A DNA stretch of 64,000 nucleotides from Centroscyllium fabricii (Eukaryota), in contig JBNRSN020000029.1 of the NCBI GenBank assembly GCA_051313645.2, forward strand, positions 40,920,001-40,984,000, given 5' to 3'. Made by a program: the position numbers and the translations under genes. Shown piece by piece: positions 61,988 to 64,000 of this stretch (positions are counted from its first letter, which is position 1; the number at the start of each line of letters is the position of its first letter). Below the pieces are notes generated by a model. That model was given only the letters and a program-made list of their open reading frames with translations, was not told the origin of the DNA and did not search any database.

Positions 61988-62746
61988 GGCCCAGATTTTC
62001 AGACCGCAGTCCTCCCGCAGGTGGAGGGCTGCGACCTGGGGAAAATCTGCGCCCTTACCTGAGGGCTCCCGGGAGGCGCAGATTTCCGCTGCTTCGCCTA
62101 TCGTAACGGCCGGTGCGCAGGGCCCACGTATCCCAGAGGTGCAGTTAGTTCGCACCCTGGGATCACGTGGGCCATGGGGAGACAATCAGAGAAGGGAATC
62201 TCCCTTTATAAATTTGACCGGAAGACCAGTCGAATGTATGAAGGGCGATCACCCACAAAAACAGAGCCAAACATCAAATAAATTCATTAAAAAAATCAGA
62301 TTTTTAAAATGACTTGACATTACATAAATTAACTATTTTTAACAAAGAATTATATTTTTAAAAAAAGTAATTAAAGTTTTCACCGGGGTTAAAAATAAAC
62401 AACTTTTTTAAAAGTATTTTTAAATGATAAATCAGTGGACAGAAATGATTATATTACTTTATTCAACTCTTATCCTGGTAAAGGCAGGTATCACACCTAC
62501 TTTTACTAGGCAGAAGAATTGTAAGTGTTTTCTGCGGGTGGAGGGTCTCCAAAAAGCGAAACTCTCCGCCCGCAGAGGCCCTTCTCACGGGCAGCCGGAG
62601 GATCTGTTAAGAGCTTTCTTGACAGATCGAAAATGCCGGTTACTAGCACATGCGCAGTGTATGCCTGAAGCCGGCATTTCCCATGTCCCGAGGGTGGGGG
62701 TGGAGAGGGTGCGGGGAGCACCCGTAGGGATCGGAATACCCGGCCC
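61988..62746. mobile_element. Harbinger-like MITE (~760 bp)
   Basis: ggcccagattttc ... ggaatacccggccc; shares ccctgggatcacgtgggccatgg with the 20068 element. Confidence 0.8.
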
Positions 62747-63013
62747 ATAGTAAAATAATCGGCAACATAAACATTCCAAAGTCCATTGTAGAACATTATT
62801 GTGTGAAACTATAGGTCATTCTTAAAGGGCAACAACATTAACATTGATGGAGCGCATTTCAAGGAAGCCCTTGTAGAATACTTCAAGTGATTCAATGGTT
62901 AATTTAATCCAGCATTTTAAACTCAGGTCTTTAGTGTTATATTAATAGATGAGGGAACGGAAAATCCTAATCCTGTCTCTATGCACGAACAGCAATGAGT
63001 TTGGAAACACAAT

Positions 63014-63467
63014 GGGCAGTAATTTGCGGGCCCTTCTGGTCCGTACACGCTGTGTACGCGCCCGTAACATCGGCACATGTTTAGGGTTTAGGCATGCGCT
63101 CCACATTCGCTAAAACCCGGAACTTGCAAACTGTCAAAAATGTTCTAAAGCGATCCTACGAAACCACGGGGAAAGGCAACAGTGGTCGGAGAGTTGGGAT
63201 ATTTGCCCAGCTTCTGCCCAGGGATTACGAAGAAATTCTTAAGCTTGGTAAAAGCAGGCATAAGGACTGCTTTTACCAACGCAAGAGTTTGAAAAACAGC
63301 AAAATAAAATGTTATCATTAATTTATATTTTTAAAAACTTGCTAAATGAGGTAAGTATAATTAGCCCCTTTAAAACATGAATATTTATTTTTCAAAAAAT
63401 TATATTTTTGTTTTAAATATTTAATAAAATGCAATTACGCAGTCATATGTCCCAGAAAATCCGGGCC
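63014..63467. mobile_element. Internally deleted Harbinger-like MITE
   Basis: aat-gggcagtaattt ... aaaatccgggcc-att. Confidence 0.7.
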
Positions 63468-63659
63468 ATTGTCACCGGCCAACACAATTACGAAGAAGAT
63501 TAGCCAGCAGCTGTGTCTAGATTAAGAAATGCATAGGATACATATATTCTGCGATCCTAATGCTTCGTCATTTATTCTTTAATAAAAGCGAGCAATCGAT
63601 ATGTTTGTTTGCCAACGAAATGTCATGGCTGCATTACTTCAGTTTTATAATGTATAGCA

Positions 63660-64000
63660 ACATAGAAAGAGAAGATAGGGACAGGATTAGGCCTTTCGCC
63701 TGCTCGAGCATTCCCCGCCATTCAATGCGATCATGGCTGATCATCCAAATTCAGTACCCTGTCCCTGCCTCCCCCCCATATCCCTTGATCACTTTAGCAT
63801 TAATAAATATATCTTGTTGAATATGTTCAAGGAATTGGCCTCAACTGCCTTCTGTGGTAGAGAATTCCACAGGTTCACCACTCTCAGGTTGAAGAAATTC
63901 CTCCTCACCTCTGTACTAAATGGCTTACCCCTTATCCTTAGACTGTGACCTCTGGTTCTGGACTCCCCCGCCATCGGGAGCATCCGTCCTGAATCTAGTC
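63660..64000 (-). mobile_element. CR1 3' end (continues beyond window)
   Basis: GESRTRGHSLRIRGKPF..VVNLWNSLPQKAVEA plus tail. Confidence 0.9.

Noticed and set aside
1-64000. CRISPR array or prokaryotic defence system
   Set aside because: No regularly spaced repeats or operons; the sequence is vertebrate repeat-rich DNA

Overview
Eukaryotic, repeat-dense window. The repeat set points to a cartilaginous fish, most likely a shark (inference): CR1/HER1-type LINEs, HE1-type tRNA-derived V-SINEs, Penelope retroelements and PIF/Harbinger elements. Most listed ORFs are transposon debris or antisense noise. The main non-repeat signal is missed by the ORF track: a chain of minus-strand micro-exons of 24-60 nt, mostly multiples of 3, with canonical AG/GT sites, open in phase 1 and lying in the unique islands between repeats from about 61.3 kb to about 0.3 kb. 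They encode short helical peptides such as ERNKLLKAS, EIGKLIGRLQDA, EIKDLKEKC and ELKKQLQDC, which resembles the coiled-coil cytoplasmic tail of butyrophilin/BG-like genes; gene identity is not established. A diverged tandem array at 21.3-28.2 kb carries duplicated, donor-less copies of one more such exon. Other items: hammerhead-ribozyme motifs in Penelope ends, a LINE with a tRNA-like head, nested insertions, and a young CR1 RT ORF with a mutated catalytic motif. All calls were made by eye, and repeat boundaries are approximate.
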